Shown here piece after piece: positions 26,190 through 40,800 of a DNA stretch of 64,000 nt. This DNA is from Ruditapes philippinarum (taxonomy: Eukaryota): NCBI RefSeq assembly GCF_026571515.1, contig NW_026861239.1, positions 62,001 to 126,000 of the forward strand. The letters run 5' to 3'. The position numbers and the translations under genes are program-made. Numbering within the stretch: the first letter of the stretch is position 1; each line of letters opens with the position of its first letter. The notes beneath the pieces are model-generated. The model made no database searches. It had not been told where the DNA came from and worked only from the letters and a program-made list of their open reading frames with translations.

Positions 26190-26380
26190 ACTCTTAACAT
26201 GTCGGTTAAAGAAACAAGTCGTTGTTACCTTTAGCAAGAAACTTTAGCAAGAAACTTTACACTCATTGCTCAGTACTGGTTGGGTCCAGGAACGGATTCG
26301 AAAATGTGTCTATAAGCTTATTGCTTCCTGCACAATTGAACTAAAATAAATTCTGTATAAACCAAATCAAAACAAAACCA
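26190..26380 (+). mobile_element. CORE-type SINE fragment
   Basis: CORE-like gcaagaaactttacactcattgctcagtactgg, then ccaggaacggattcga and an A/C-rich tail. Family assignment is from memory. Confidence 0.6.
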
Positions 26381-28123
26381 TTCTATAAGAACATATAAAT
26401 GCTTTTTTTAAAGTTCAACCTTTAGCATTGCATCCGTTTTAAACAGTACGAGAAACGTTTGCCTTAAAAAAGGAATGATCTAAATGGGACAATTAAGTGA
26501 AGTTTCTTCGTTAGAGTACAATTAACAAAATAATGTATTTTTTTCTTCATGTTACCATTAATTTACATGTACTTTACACTTCAATTAAATGTGTTCTATC
26601 ACGTCATTGCATTGCCGTATTTAAGAGTTAAAATTACCGTGTGAAGTGTATCTAAACTCAAACGATCTCTAAATGGGTCAGAAAAGATTCCGGCAGTTAA
26701 AATGTATTACTTGCGTGCAAATGTTTATTGATTCCGTCACTCAAACAGTCTCAAATCTCCAGGGACTGTTCAATTATTTGAGTATTCCAGAAATAGCTTT
26801 GTCTCTTTATTTAAATTTAACAAATTCAAGACAACGTCGTCCGTTCAATTAACAACGAATAAGATAAAAAATGTCACTGATAACAAACGACCCATATGTT
26901 GGGAGTGTATCGTATTCAAGTATGATAAGGGGTAAAATTCATTTGGTTTAGTTAAAACTTTCAAGCCTGCTTCAGTGTTACGAAAGGTTTTATGTCCATG
27001 ACCACTTAAAAGCGCGAAGTCATCTATTTTTGCCTGTACGTATGACGTTATTTACAAGATGTTGTACTGAATGCACTACGTTGTAATTTAAGCTTGAACT
27101 TGAACTTTTAACTTTCTCTTAGCGTAATGTAATATGGCAAACTTTTTAAACGATAGAAAATTAATTTCATTTACGCTTCATTTGCAATTCTGATATAACT
27201 GTAAATATAGCATGGTACAACTTTAGGGATTCTTATTTTCTCTATTTCAAAGTATATTCAGTTACCAAATAATGATGGATGAAGATAAGAGCTACATCTA
27301 AGATGAGTGTCAGATATACCATCGTTTGATATCACCATTATTTGCATTTTGTTTTTTCCTCACTAGTAAATATATTTAATGCAATGACATTTTTTAGCTT
27401 GGTTATATGAATTTCTATTTATCATTGAAAATATATGTTTTACAAAAAGGTATGTTATTGTTGTTGATTTTTAATATTAATATTTTGTTGATTCATACGT
27501 TTTGCGTTTTGTTTTCTTCATATATATTTTTTTCAAACGTACAACAGGGTAAATTTATCAAACAAATACCTACTGTTGTTTATTTTTCCACCGTAATCCT
27601 AACATTTTCTGATCTAATATTTCCAAGAACTAGCATCCATCAGGGAGTAATCACCAAGTCTCTGTCTAGGTTAAAACATTACCACACAAACACTGTTTGC
27701 AAAACACCAAATTTATAACATACTAAAATATCCTGACTTTATATGCTTCTCGAAATAATAAAAAGTTACTGGATGAGAAGTCAACACGACAGCAAAATAT
27801 CTCTTAAACATGCTTTCTCGAGAAAACATAAGAACACAACAACAGATAAAACGCGCGAAACCCGTGAAAAAAATGATCGCGTGGTTCCTAGTATTTTCTC
27901 ATAAATTGAATTTAAATAACAGAGCTTTGAAGAGTTTGATTAGGGTTGTAATTGATAAATTGAGAGGAAGTACGCAGTACTAGGGATGTTTTCTCCATTC
28001 CAAACATCCCACCTGCTTTGCTTTATTTTATCCAAACCATCTGTTCTTAACAAATGCTTGCTAATTTGTTTGCGTACGTAAGCTGGTATTGTTTTTAAAC
28101 ATCATTTTTTGCTAATCTTCTGA

Positions 28124-28745
28124 CCCTTTCTCCCATGAGCATATTGTGAAAAATGGCCATTTTCACTGAAAAGCCTCCTCTTACAAGTTCAAACTGCTAT
28201 GAAACTATGAAAAATGCTTCAATTCTAATCAAACTTGGCACAAATGATGACTGGACCATTGCCTTTCTAACGACATGCTCAGTCCTAAATTTCCTGTCAC
28301 CATGGCAACGAGGGGACATCTCAAAATTGCCAAAAATCACTTTTTTGCCTCGATCTTTTCCATCAAAATTTATTTCAAAGTGCTGCAACTTCTCAAGGGA
28401 TTGAGATAGAGTCAAAGGCTTTTCAGCGTTGGTTACACGTTACCTTATGATCGACCTGGGGTCATTTTAAGCGTCTCACAAGTCCAAAATTTTCTTGGCG
28501 ATGAGGGGGACTCCGCCCCCCTTCAAACCCCCCAAACAGAAGGGGGCACATCCCCCTTCTGGCAACCCCCTGATGTAATATTTGAATGGGGGACGGCGCC
28601 GAAAAAATGGTCACTTTTTTTAACAACATTTCGCAAACGAAAAACAGTGTTTGGGGCCTAAATAGGGCATTTTTTCACTGTTTGAGGCCTCAAAAAGGGG
28701 GGGGGGGCAAAAAGCCGTCGAAACACGCTTATATAAGGGAAAAGG
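28124..28745. mobile_element. piggyBac-like MITE (CCC...GG|TTAA), right half error-rich
   Basis: ccctttctcccatgagc on the left and gcttatataagggaaaagg|ttaa on the right. Confidence 0.55.
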
Positions 28746-31700
28746 TTAACAAAAAATGATGAAAAACCTTGGAATCACCCAAAATCTAGTTTTTCCATGT
28801 TAACATGTTGTCTTTTACCTAATTTTGGTGAAAAATTCTTGTTTTGTAACATTTATAATTTCATTTAGTTAAGTGAAACACAATACTGTTCTCGCATTTC
28901 TTTATTATAATTTTAAAAGACGATAATTAATAGCAGTAGTTTGCATGTGTTAACGAAACAGAATTAATAATCTGTAATCAAATTGTTAGATTTCAAATTC
29001 ACTATTTAAAGACAGTATCTGAATAATGCAAGAGGCTCAGCCTACTCAAAACATTTCAAAGGTTGCCTTCAAGGTTTCAAACACTGAGTATATCTAAACC
29101 TTCATTGAAAAGTATTTAAAGGAAATTATTACTGTACAGACTTAAGAAATATGCAATCTCTTTTAATTGGATTATCATCTTTTAATGTTAAACTAATAAC
29201 TTAATTGGTGAAAGAATTAAAAAATTTTTAATTCTGATAGAATTATGAAATGTTTTTAATTTCACATTTCTGAGTTCAATTAAAACGCCCGTCAAAAGTT
29301 ATTTGAGAAGTTTCCTTAGAAAAACCAGATTTTGTAAACAAGTTTAAATATAAAGATCAAAGCAAGACATGTTTAGTACTCTTTAATAAAACGTGTTATT
29401 TTAAATCATTATGACGTCAAAACAGGTTAATTAGTCATCATTTATTCTGACGTAAAATTGTTAATTGTCGTTATAAATTAGTAAATCATTAATTGTTGTA
29501 ATAAATTAGAATGAAGAATTGAAAAAATCTTAACAACATATTGACTTTTTGCGCTCTAAACGCATTATACGAACTTTGCTTCGGGAAAAATACTGTGGCG
29601 ATTGCTTTTATTCACACTATGGGGGACAAAGTAGTCCTTATTGTCAATTACCTCTTTTCAACACGTTTACCTAGAAAAAAGGGCTACCAGTGATTATAGT
29701 TGAAAGCAAACAATAGTTTGTTTATTTATGACATAAAGCTTATGAAAATACTAAACTGTTTACTAAAATGTTCTAATAGAAATATTTATTTTCTGATTTT
29801 AGCAACGTTAATTTAGCAGCCTTGGCAAAGAAAATCACACTTCAAGGTTGCAGGAAAATTAGCGTATCATAATGACAAGTGCGATTATTCATTGAGTAAA
29901 GATTTTAACGTGTTACTTAATATTTAACTTCAAAGAATGTTTATTTCTAAGTCTAATGCCTTTGTTTCGAGTAAAACATTGATTTGAAATAGAACAAAAT
30001 CACAATTAAACAGAATAATTGTATCAATGAAGTTTTGTACTAAGATCGGAGGTTATATTTCATGTTGATCACTAATAAGTGCAAACATAAATTCTTAACT
30101 GAAGATTAAAACATGACTTATATTTTTCCCTGTGTTCTGTCACAAACCTCGTTTCCATATATCAATGTATATTTCAACGCTTGCAAAGGACATCAAGTCC
30201 ACTCAAGTCAATTACATGAAAATCAAAAAATGTAAAGTACTCATGAAATATAAAAGTTTCCAGATGACGATGCGGTGAAGGGGGGGGGGTGGTTGATGGC
30301 AGAAGTTTTTTTTTTAGATTAATCTCTTGAGCAGACTCTATCAAACTGATTCTGCAATTAAATAAGTTCGTTGCTGTCTTTGCGTCCGAGAGATCACTTC
30401 TTTTATATGTACTCGCACGTTTAACGAAAATAACTTGTGATTATTGAAATAAATTGAGGACATCTCAACTATTGACTTTAATACACATTATATGTTGAAT
30501 CTGCAGATTTTTTAAGTTTGACATATCCTTTTGTTCATTTCAAAAAAGCAACAACAATGAAGCTGGTTCTAAATTTAATATTGTTCAATCACTACTGTTT
30601 ACTGATATTGTGAGATGAATATTTCATTGCAGAATGTGCAATTCCAGATAATGGGATTTTCCTTCAATTTAATCGTCTGCAAATGTGACTCCTCGGTACC
30701 GGATATCCGGTAGCGCATCAATCATTGTCTGTCAATAAGCATGTTTAATGGCATTTGCACTCGTCGTTAAATATCCAATTTATGACATTTACGGCTAGAT
30801 GTCACTTAAAATTTTATTAAAATCAAAATTTATGGGACAATTGTTCAGATTTTACGAGTCTTAAAATCATGGCTCTCTACTGAGTAATAAATATTTCTAT
30901 ATATTGTAAAAATAATACAGAATATGAATCCGGATTGTAGCAGGTATCGTTTCATGTCTGATGTCGGCGAAGACAATGAAAGGAATAATAAGTACTTTAA
31001 CGCCAGACAGTGTTAGTTAAAATTTGACACCGTTAAAAAGCTAATCAATATAAAAGAGAGTTAAGTTTCAAATTTAATTTGAAAGTTTATAGGATATGCA
31101 ATTAAAATTGATTATTAAGGGATAAAGGTGCTTTGATTAAAATTGACAGTAGGTTCCAGAACAATATCTTGTGTGCAAAATTTCAGACCAAAGCTCACTC
31201 CATTCTTATAGAATTATTAATCTAATTGTACTCAAAACGGGCTAAGAATATCTATCTTTTGCATATCTTTCTGTTTTTAAGTGCCAAAGCACTAAGTAAG
31301 GAATTGAAATTTTATGTTTTTAGGTTTTTGGACCTTAGTGGAGTTCTTTTAAGCCGCAATTTCTAATAACTCTGCCAATATCATTTAATTATAAAGTAAG
31401 AGCTCTAGCAAATTAAGTTTCATTATTTTGTTTTGAAATAAATATATATCTATAGACGAAATTATAATTTTCAAAACGACCAAAAATTGTACAGGTCTTT
31501 TTTTTCCAAAAACAGCAGACAAATTCGATTGCATTTTGGTTTTTCAAAGTAAAATTGAAGATAAGTATCATAAAATGCCAGCAGAAAACAATAAAACTGT
31601 TCTAATCGCGAATAACATTCAAAATCTTCCATTCACTCACACTGAGGCACCATTTTTCCATACAATCATTTTGTAAACAAATAAATACAATGTATATATG

Positions 31701-32024
31701 CATGAAAACACGTCAATAAGTCATTGAAGTGTATTACAGCTTTAAATTTTAAAGATTGTAAATAAAAAACTATATTAATTTTGAAATCAAGAATTAAAAA
31801 TAACATTGTTTTTTAACGAATGACATTTAGCGCTTTGCAGTTATGCAAGATGACTATTTTCTAACCCGTGCACATCACATCACAACTGTTTTTCTTTTAA
31901 ATTAAATTTTGACCCATAGTGGTAAGTGCCAAGTGATTTTTAGTCAACAGTCATAAATATCCATAATGCTTTTTTAATTGTGATGTACTTTTATAGTATC
32001 CAAAAAGTTGCTCCTGGCCAATAA

Positions 32025-32260
32025 CCATCTTTTGCAACTGTTGCTTTTCGGCAATAAGTACACTTACAGTGAAAATCAGTATTTTGTATAGAAGTCAAAA
32101 TACATACTACTGTGGTTACATTTTGCTACTTTTATGACAAATTAATTCACATTTATTGCTACTTTCTTAATGTAACAAGTACTAACATTCTCTACAATCA
32201 TTATTTAAAGTTCATGTTTATCCTTTCTAACGAAGTAAAATTTTATTTGTTTCTGAGGCA
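32025..32260 (+). repeat. Dispersed repeat fragment, paralogous to ~35165-35400
   Basis: ccatcttttgc...agtattttgtat(a/g)gaagtcaaaat...ttacattttg is shared and collinear between the two places. Confidence 0.65.
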
Positions 32261-34595
32261 TAATGTGCTTCTACCCACTTGATCACGTATGATACATAAC
32301 ATATGAAGTCTTCACAGATAGGAAGGGAATAGGAGATAAGATTATTTGCATTTTGATCAGTATTATACCCTCCACTGGATTTTCAAAACGATTTCATAAT
32401 TTGTAAATTCTTGAATTTCGAGACAAGACTATTATCAGCTATCGTTTGTTTTAATAGTTGATGAATTAAAATCGATTTTAACTGGAAATGTGTTTTGGGA
32501 GATACTGAATTAGTCCTAGAGAAAGCATCTTGTAGTGTTTCAGGTTAATTTGCATAAGGTATAGACATTTGTTAAGGAAGTTTGTTGTTTTTCATATGTA
32601 AAACGTTGTTATTCTGTAGCTGGATTATCGTGTAACTACGCTAAAGTTTTACTTTTAGTAAATGCAATTATTCTGCATATACAATATAATTCTAATTGAA
32701 AAACTAAAACTCCTTTAACTACATGTACCAATAAAGCTTTAAAGTTATCTTTCGAAACAAGTTATGTCATAATGTGATTTCGTTATCTATCAACTAAGAT
32801 GCTTGCTGAGTATAGGCCTCATTATTTATTTGAAAACAGAAGGTCAATGCGTACTTGCTCTACTTCGATTGAAGATTTCCATATCCCCGAAATACTCGTT
32901 TACTCATCCGTTGAAATACATCGATGGGTTCAAATATCACATCATGCTCATTTTGAACAGAAACATATTCTGGCAGTCTGTTATACACAAAATTATGATC
33001 AGAACCAAAAACTCCTTTAAACTCTTAAACACTGCTTTATGTGAAATTTTTCATGCAATTATTTTCGTATTAATTTGCGTATTGTCTAAGGTTTTGTCCA
33101 TTCAACTTACACATATATTAACAAAATGTGTTACTATTAATACATGTATAACATGCATACAATGTACAAGGCAGTTTCCAGGTTTAAATTCGAAAATTAT
33201 TTTATAACATTTATCACCTATTAAAGGAAACACTATTTCATTGAAAACAATACGAGCAAACTAAACGTGCGAAATTTATAACGAAGGATATTCATTATTT
33301 CCTTTAATACCTCAACAGAAAGGTTATTAGAAGATTTTAGATTTCTACATTGCGACTTTTATAAGTAGAATATAAAAATTGTTTCACCTTATCTATCGTT
33401 AACATGTTCACGCTTGATTAGTCTGTCATTGAAAGATTTATGTTGTTATAGTCAAACATAACTTAAAGAACAGAATTTGCACTCAGAAAAACATTTTTTA
33501 AATATGTAAAATCAATAGCTAAAGTGATATATTTGTGATTGAAGTAGAAGCTTTTTCCCTTTTCCTAAGATAAATGCGAAAATGTCAAGTGAAATTAGTG
33601 AAAGCTTGCTGGAGAGATGATACATATCTGAGATTTCAGTCCAGAACTCATTAACGTTGAAGTAAAAAAGCACAATCTTCCGAAGCTATACTTAGGGAAA
33701 AACCTTTTACCATACCAATCGCTTCATGAAACAATCAACATCTCCAGCCCCGATGGTATCTTAACGAACTTTAATGCCTGAGCAGATAAAGTTCAAAAAG
33801 AAATAATAGCATGTTTTAAATGTATAGCGGAAGAAATAATATATTTTCAGGAGTTATTTTAAGAGTTTGGAACGAAAGAATGAAAATGTCAACTAGATTG
33901 ATATAAACGGTAACCGTTTGACCCTACTATTTATTTAAACTTTTTCAGGTTGAAATAAATGCAATTTAAAAATAATTATTGTTTTGGTCTATATAAGTTC
34001 ATTGATGAATCTTCCTATATTCCGTGGTAAACCAATCGTTTTAATATAGGCAATGCTATAAGAAAACACAAACAAAATCATAACAAATAATCATAATGAT
34101 AATGATAAAACATTTTCGCAAGAAGATAAAACCTTTGAAATTTTAATCTAAAATCCACAAAAACACATCAATGAAATACTTTAAGATTCTGTATGTTGTA
34201 ATTAAGGTTGTTACCACACATAAGGGAAATAAAATCTTATATATGTATCTAATTATGCTTCTAAAACAATTTTCAAACATCAAAGAATAAGTAAAATATA
34301 TACGGCAGCTATTTTTTCACATTATATGTAGTCATTAAAATATATGTATTTATTTCTTATTGAAAAAATTGACTTAGATTTATTAGAAAAAAATAAAATT
34401 ACCTCCCTTTATTAACATGAAATAAAAATTTGGTAATGTCTTTGCAAATAATGCTTTTTGGAATTTACAATATTGATAAATCTTCATTTGAGCATTATAT
34501 TTATGATATAAAACCATACAAAATTGAGTTACAGGATCTTCAATGAATATATATAGATATATTACATTTTCTTAAATTATACCAAAAGCATACTA

Positions 34596-34750
34596 TTTTG
34601 ATGGGTTGTAAGTCACACTGGATGAATATATCATATCTGAGTAGAACCACCGACTTAACGTGGGCTACCTGGATAGCTTCCTAACATTAAAAAATAATCA
34701 AGGTCCCTGGCTAAACTCAAACCCATAGTGGTTAGGGGCAAATGGTTTGA
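34596..34750 (-). mobile_element. Degenerate SINE of the same family as 788-912
   Basis: gagtagaaccaccgac...ctggatagcttcct...ggttaggggcaaatggtttga. Confidence 0.6.
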
Positions 34751-34794
34751 TATACTTATCTCTAACACATACTGTATCTGAAATTCAGATATTA

Positions 34795-34858
34795 ATTATT
34801 ATATTATATCATATTATATTATATTATATGTATTATATCATATTATATTATATTATTT
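34795..34858. repeat. (ATATT)n microsatellite
   Basis: Imperfect pentamer array, directly visible. Confidence 0.9.
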
Positions 34859-37800
34859 ATGTAGATGTAGAAATAACGTCGTGACATCATTAAATTTGGT
34901 GATACATGAGAAAAACCAAATGTTGTCCTAGAATTTTTTTATATTGCATACATTTCGTTCAAAGTTATATATGTAGAATACTGCACATGCACATAGGTAA
35001 AACAACAAGGCCAAATATCGTTAAACTCATTAATGCAAAGCATTTGAAAAACAAACAAAAAACCCATCTCTTTAAAGGCCCATTAAGTCTTAAAATGATA
35101 TCATTTTATTTCTCGAAAGCTTTGAATTTTTGCTGGCCAGTTTATACAACACGTTACCCATTTGGCCATCTTTTGCTTCTTTTGTGTTCGTGCAATTAGT
35201 ATAATTATAGTGAGTTAGTATTTTGTATGGAAGTCAAAATTCCATTTTGTTTACATTTTGTGACTTTTTCTGACTTAGTTTTTTCACATTTAGGACTATT
35301 TTCTTAAGGTGATCTACATCTCACGTAATCTTAATCATTTTATTACAACGTCATAAAACACATTTTCCTCCCTTCTTCAGAAACACAAAATGTATTCATT
35401 TCTGTTACAGTCTTGACACATCTTTTAATATGCCCTTATTGCACACAGAATGAAAATTCTTTATATGATGCATTAATAAACTATATATTATACTTTCAAT
35501 ATAAATGCAATACAAAAATTGAAATTTCAAAAGCCTCATTTCGGCAAAAGGATAAAGATTTAAACGAACGGAATGCAAATTGTACACAAGAACACAATAT
35601 GGCTCAAAACTTACAAAATAACATTATTACCCATATTCACTTACCTTCTTTTTGTTGGTAATGCCATTTTAATGTCCAAGCTTTTTTACTTTGCTTTCAA
35701 CATTTCATTTAACACAGCCAAGGAAAGTGATGTTTGAAAAGCAATTATAAACAAATTACGTAATTATTTTCCTTTTTTTTGTAATTAAATTGAAACAATT
35801 ATGTTTACATTAAGCCAAGATCATTGCCTTCTGTACAGATTTAGCAGTACCATTGACAAAATCGGAAAGCAATTAAGAAAGATGGTAAACAAATTAGCGA
35901 ATGATATCTATTAAGTTATAAATGGAAAGAGTCAAAGCACCTCACTGGCTTTCTTACAACTGCAATCAATTTCGCACCGAGCACGGCAGAATTGTACATT
36001 ATATCGCCGGATTTCACTTCCAATATCAGTTAGTACCGCAGCAGCTTCTTTATTACTTTCTAAAAATGGAAATGTTATAGAGAGGAAAAAGTCCATTAAT
36101 AAGCTGTTTAATGTCGGTCGGAGGAAAAACTGTTTGGTTTTATTTCTTTACACTTTATCGTAATGTTGCCTCCATACGAGACTGGATTCTTTAAAAAAAA
36201 GAAAAGAATACAAAGTACATGTAGCATTTTGAATGCCGCTAAATGTACGTTTTAAAGTAATACAAAACTATTTATACGTACATTAAGACTAGTAAAACCG
36301 AATTAAAATCATTTTAATATGTATATCTTTGAAAGCTTATTTAAAATATAAAGTACTCGATTTTAAAAATAAATACTACGTCGTTTATAGCTATAGATGC
36401 ACTATGCTCATCGTTTGAGTTAAAAACATTTGTTGTTGAATTCAAGTGATTGCTAGGAAATTCATACTGAATATTTCTAAATTGACTTATTGACTACCCA
36501 CTTTAACAGAGAACCTGCTTTCTTTAATTTCAGACAAATTAAATTGGTCCTTTCTGTAAAAAGACTGCTAAATTTTTAATTGTATACTGTATATTTATTC
36601 TGTTTACCCATAGTGTGCAGAATTTGCAGAATTTTAAACGTTATATATCTAATTTATATGTTCTCCAACGTATTTACGTATTTATTCACTATTTCTATGA
36701 CTGTATGATTTATATTTTTTAGTAATAAATCTGTACAACAAGCCGAGCAATTATAGGATTTTTAAACAGTATCGTTACAGTGTAAAGAAATATTATGAAA
36801 ATTAAAAATCCACGGTCAAAAACTAAAAATGATGGAAAATAGAGAGGCTCGAAACAAAACGGTAATTATATTCTTTGCCACAAGTTTATGCTTTATTCAT
36901 ATTTGATAAAAATGTATCTTGTTATTGTATAATTCTTTCATATAAAAACAAATGGAAAAATCATGGCATACCTTCGCATAAATTGCCCGAAAGGCATATC
37001 ACATCTGTACGCGGCAAAAGACTTGAAGTTAGCATGAATATAAAAAATAACCACTTTGACTATTCAATTCTTTTTTATGCAGAATGTTAACTTTTAATAT
37101 TCTAAAATCACGGCGTTTGTGACTTCTTACATAACTTTTTTACTTCCATCTTCGGTTATTTCAATATCCCTTGTTTTCAGAAAATTCATCACACTGCTGT
37201 TTCACTTTCTAATGCCGTTCGTTATTACATTAGATGATTTGGACTGTATAGCGTGTATCTGGGTGGCATTGTACGTGTTTCCCTTAAATGTAATGATCTG
37301 TGTTTCTGTCTTGTACCATCGTATCATCAATTCTGATTAATTCTGTGATTAGGAAAATCCTAAAATGCTCACGTAATTGATACATTGTCTTAGAAGATAT
37401 TAAACAGATATCAATATCGCCTTAAGAAAGTGATATGGTACGGCAAGGAATCGTATATATAGTTATATTTCTCTTTGCCTGTTTTCGTCATGCATGTGTT
37501 GTATAATTAGAAATGACAACAACCATTGAAAACATGTTGCTCATGCTTTAATACTCATCCATAGTAAAATTTAGCGACAAGGAGATTTGCTGGACTTATA
37601 GAATTATATTATAATTACAATCGAACGATCTAATATGTGTTAAAATAGTCAGCAAAATAGTCAGTCTAAATTGAATGACTGTCACAACGTGAGTAGGTCG
37701 TGTGCGGACCAAACAAATTTGGTAACGGATGATTATTTATTATCTTAATTTAAGTCTAAATCTAAGTGTCTTATTGATCACGATTGCTGTCATAATCGTG

Positions 37801-40800
37801 AAAATATTGACCATTGACCCAGTTTAAATATTGAAAGATTTAAAGCTATTATTGTGAATATTTATCAGTCTTATTAATTACACAGTCTATCCTTGGCATA
37901 TTTACACGATACCGGCTACAAACTGATGAACTGGTATAGATCGAACGGTGATGGATGCCATCATTTTTGTTTGGTCATTAACAGGGAACATCCGAATACA
38001 TCGGATGGTAACGCATAGAAACGTTACCCACTTTTTTTTAAAAAAAAGCTCATAAATTGAGCTCCAACTTATTTAGTAATTATCGCATCACTGCAAATAG
38101 CGTAAAACCGTTTTATTGACCATATTTTTTAGGATTGTCCTTTAGCGTAACATATCAACGTCAATGTATGTCCAAAATCAAGAACAATATCCTGCAGACA
38201 AATTATTTTGCAATGACATAATTTTTACTCGTTACCACTACTTATTACAATGTACATCGCGGTATATTGACTTCTTCAAAAAGAACTTTAATTAACCCCT
38301 TTGGAATTCAATATATTATAATTGAAATGAACAAACAAGTCGCCATGTCTGTTTTCTTAGTGCTTTGTAGGCGTTTTCGGACATTTATTTGAATAAGATT
38401 CTAAAAACACAAACTTTGTCTTCAAATGAAATCAAAAACAACTTACCCGACATCAGGATTTGCAGTTTTTCTTTTTAAAATCTTTTTACTTAAGAAATCC
38501 ATTGTTGATTTAATTCAAACTTTTGTACAATTCCAAAAACTGATTGTATGTAAACGGTTATCATTTGACAACATCAAAATTGTTACAATTAATTTTTCCT
38601 TTCCTCATTTGCATTCCACGAAACAAACATTCCAATTTGGTAAAAAATATAGAACAAACATCTAGCATTGAAAGTGAGCTTTTGTATGAAAACAGATGAG
38701 AACTGCTATTTGAATTGCCATGGCAGCCGCCGTCCTGTGATTTTGGAGTTTTATTAAATCATTGCATGTCATTAATTGTTTTATATACTCTGCCTGATTG
38801 TTCTATATATTGATCAACAATGACAACAAAGATCATAAAATCAATCTTAAGATCAGACAATTCATCAGACACTGTCTTACAATCAAACTTAGTTTGATAA
38901 AGAAATATATGGATGACGTTACTTCCATTTGTTCTGTCTATATTGCATATGATTAAATTTAGAGAATCTTCCAGATTCATGTTTTCGGTTACATAAAAAC
39001 AAATTACACCAATTTATTAAAACAATTTCAAACATGATAATAATAATGCAAATTAAACGAAAATTACATCTATTTTACAAACAGTAGAAAGTACGAACGT
39101 ACCGGAAAACAATTATCATAATCGCACAATGCGTCAACATGGAAAACAGCCAAGGTAGAAACAAACTGGAAAAGCATTTGTGAAATTGAATTGTTGACTG
39201 TTTGATTTTTTCTGTTCCTTCAATTAATTTAAAGTTAAGAAAACAAGAACATTGGATATAACAACTGACAGAATGTCATTTGCAAATGTTAATGTAAATA
39301 TAAAAAGTGTATTTTTGTTTTATTCAGGCAATTAATTTTGATATGGTTATTAAAAAAACAACATGTTTTCTAAAATTAAAACACGATTATGCATACCATG
39401 CCAAGAGCACATCAAGGAGCACTTGTCAATTAAAAGATACATAGTCATTATGATACTTTTCATAGATGGAACATTCAAACACTTATAATGTGCTGTGAAG
39501 GACTAAGTTTTTCAACAGCCTAATAAAACTAACGGTGTACAGGTATAACTCCGTTCACCGCTTACACCGACATAAAATTGTAGTAAATTAATAGTCATAT
39601 AAAACCAACAAGTCTTTCAAAGTGTATTAAAGAAAGAAATAAATAACACAGGAAACTTCGACAAAAACAGACTTTCATTGACATTTCTTCTCTGTATTTT
39701 TTCAGACAAATGCAACGAATTAATCTAGTAATTACGTAGTTCTATTGCCGAATACCAAACAGAATTTCCCAAATGGGAATATATTGTCTCTTATAATCTA
39801 CTATTTGCAACGTACAACAATGGCAATTTTTACAAATAACAATAAACAATAACCATGAATTGCTCGAAAACGCAGACGTATGGAGGACACTTATAATTAA
39901 CTATTTACATCAATCACTATTTACTCAAAATCGCTATAATATATAAGCTAATTTACCTTAAAACGCTGATTTTACACAGCGGCTCGGTACTGTAACTTCT
40001 TTTTACTACTGGTGGAAAACGATCTGGATAATAACTCATTGTCTCGCAGATATCAATGTTGTTTCTTGTCATAAAATACCTAAATATCTTATTCCACAAA
40101 AGGTATTTTATAAGGAATTCCTTTTCGCATTATCTATTATAAACAAACATCCAGTATATCTGTAATAACCATATTGAACCAGTTATTTCAACAATAATGT
40201 AAATTTCATTTAAATCTTTCAACTGCAGTTTCAAGTAGTATACATAGATACTTCCTACTACGTTTTTAATGTCTTTTTTATTTCATCAATGTTCTTTGTC
40301 TCTTTAATTTACTTATATACTTATATATAAAATATACTCCAGAATGATCATCGTTGAATACCAGGTGAAATGCTGTCATTAACAATAGATTATATTAAGA
40401 GACATAATATGTCACGGAGTGACTAGAATGGATCTGTTACAATACTGACCTTCTACTGACTTATAGCCTGATTAACTATAGCTCAATCGTGATCAATATC
40501 AGTCTTACAACTTATTGTTATCGTACTAATGACCTCTTCATCATCAATATAACAGGTAGAAATCCGCATTGAAAAAGATACTGATTAGAATTAGAGACAA
40601 CGTGTCTTAATATACTCCTACGTTCAAAATCATTATAACATCTTATTTCTATAAAAAAAACTTTCATTTCCTATCTATATGATCTGCAAGGAGTAAAAAA
40701 ACATAGATTGTTTTATTGTGATGCTGTTCTGAAATTCCTATTCATTACACTTGCAAGTTCAAAGCTGTCATAATTCATAATTTCAATTTAACAGTGTAAA

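Noticed and set aside
30697-30712. Perfect 16-bp palindrome taccggatatccggta
   Set aside because: About one such palindrome is expected by chance in 64 kb, and there is no supporting context.
38759-38980. 73-aa ORF faintly like a LINE endonuclease N-terminus
   Set aside because: Catalytic motifs are not convincingly present and there is no reverse-transcriptase remnant nearby.
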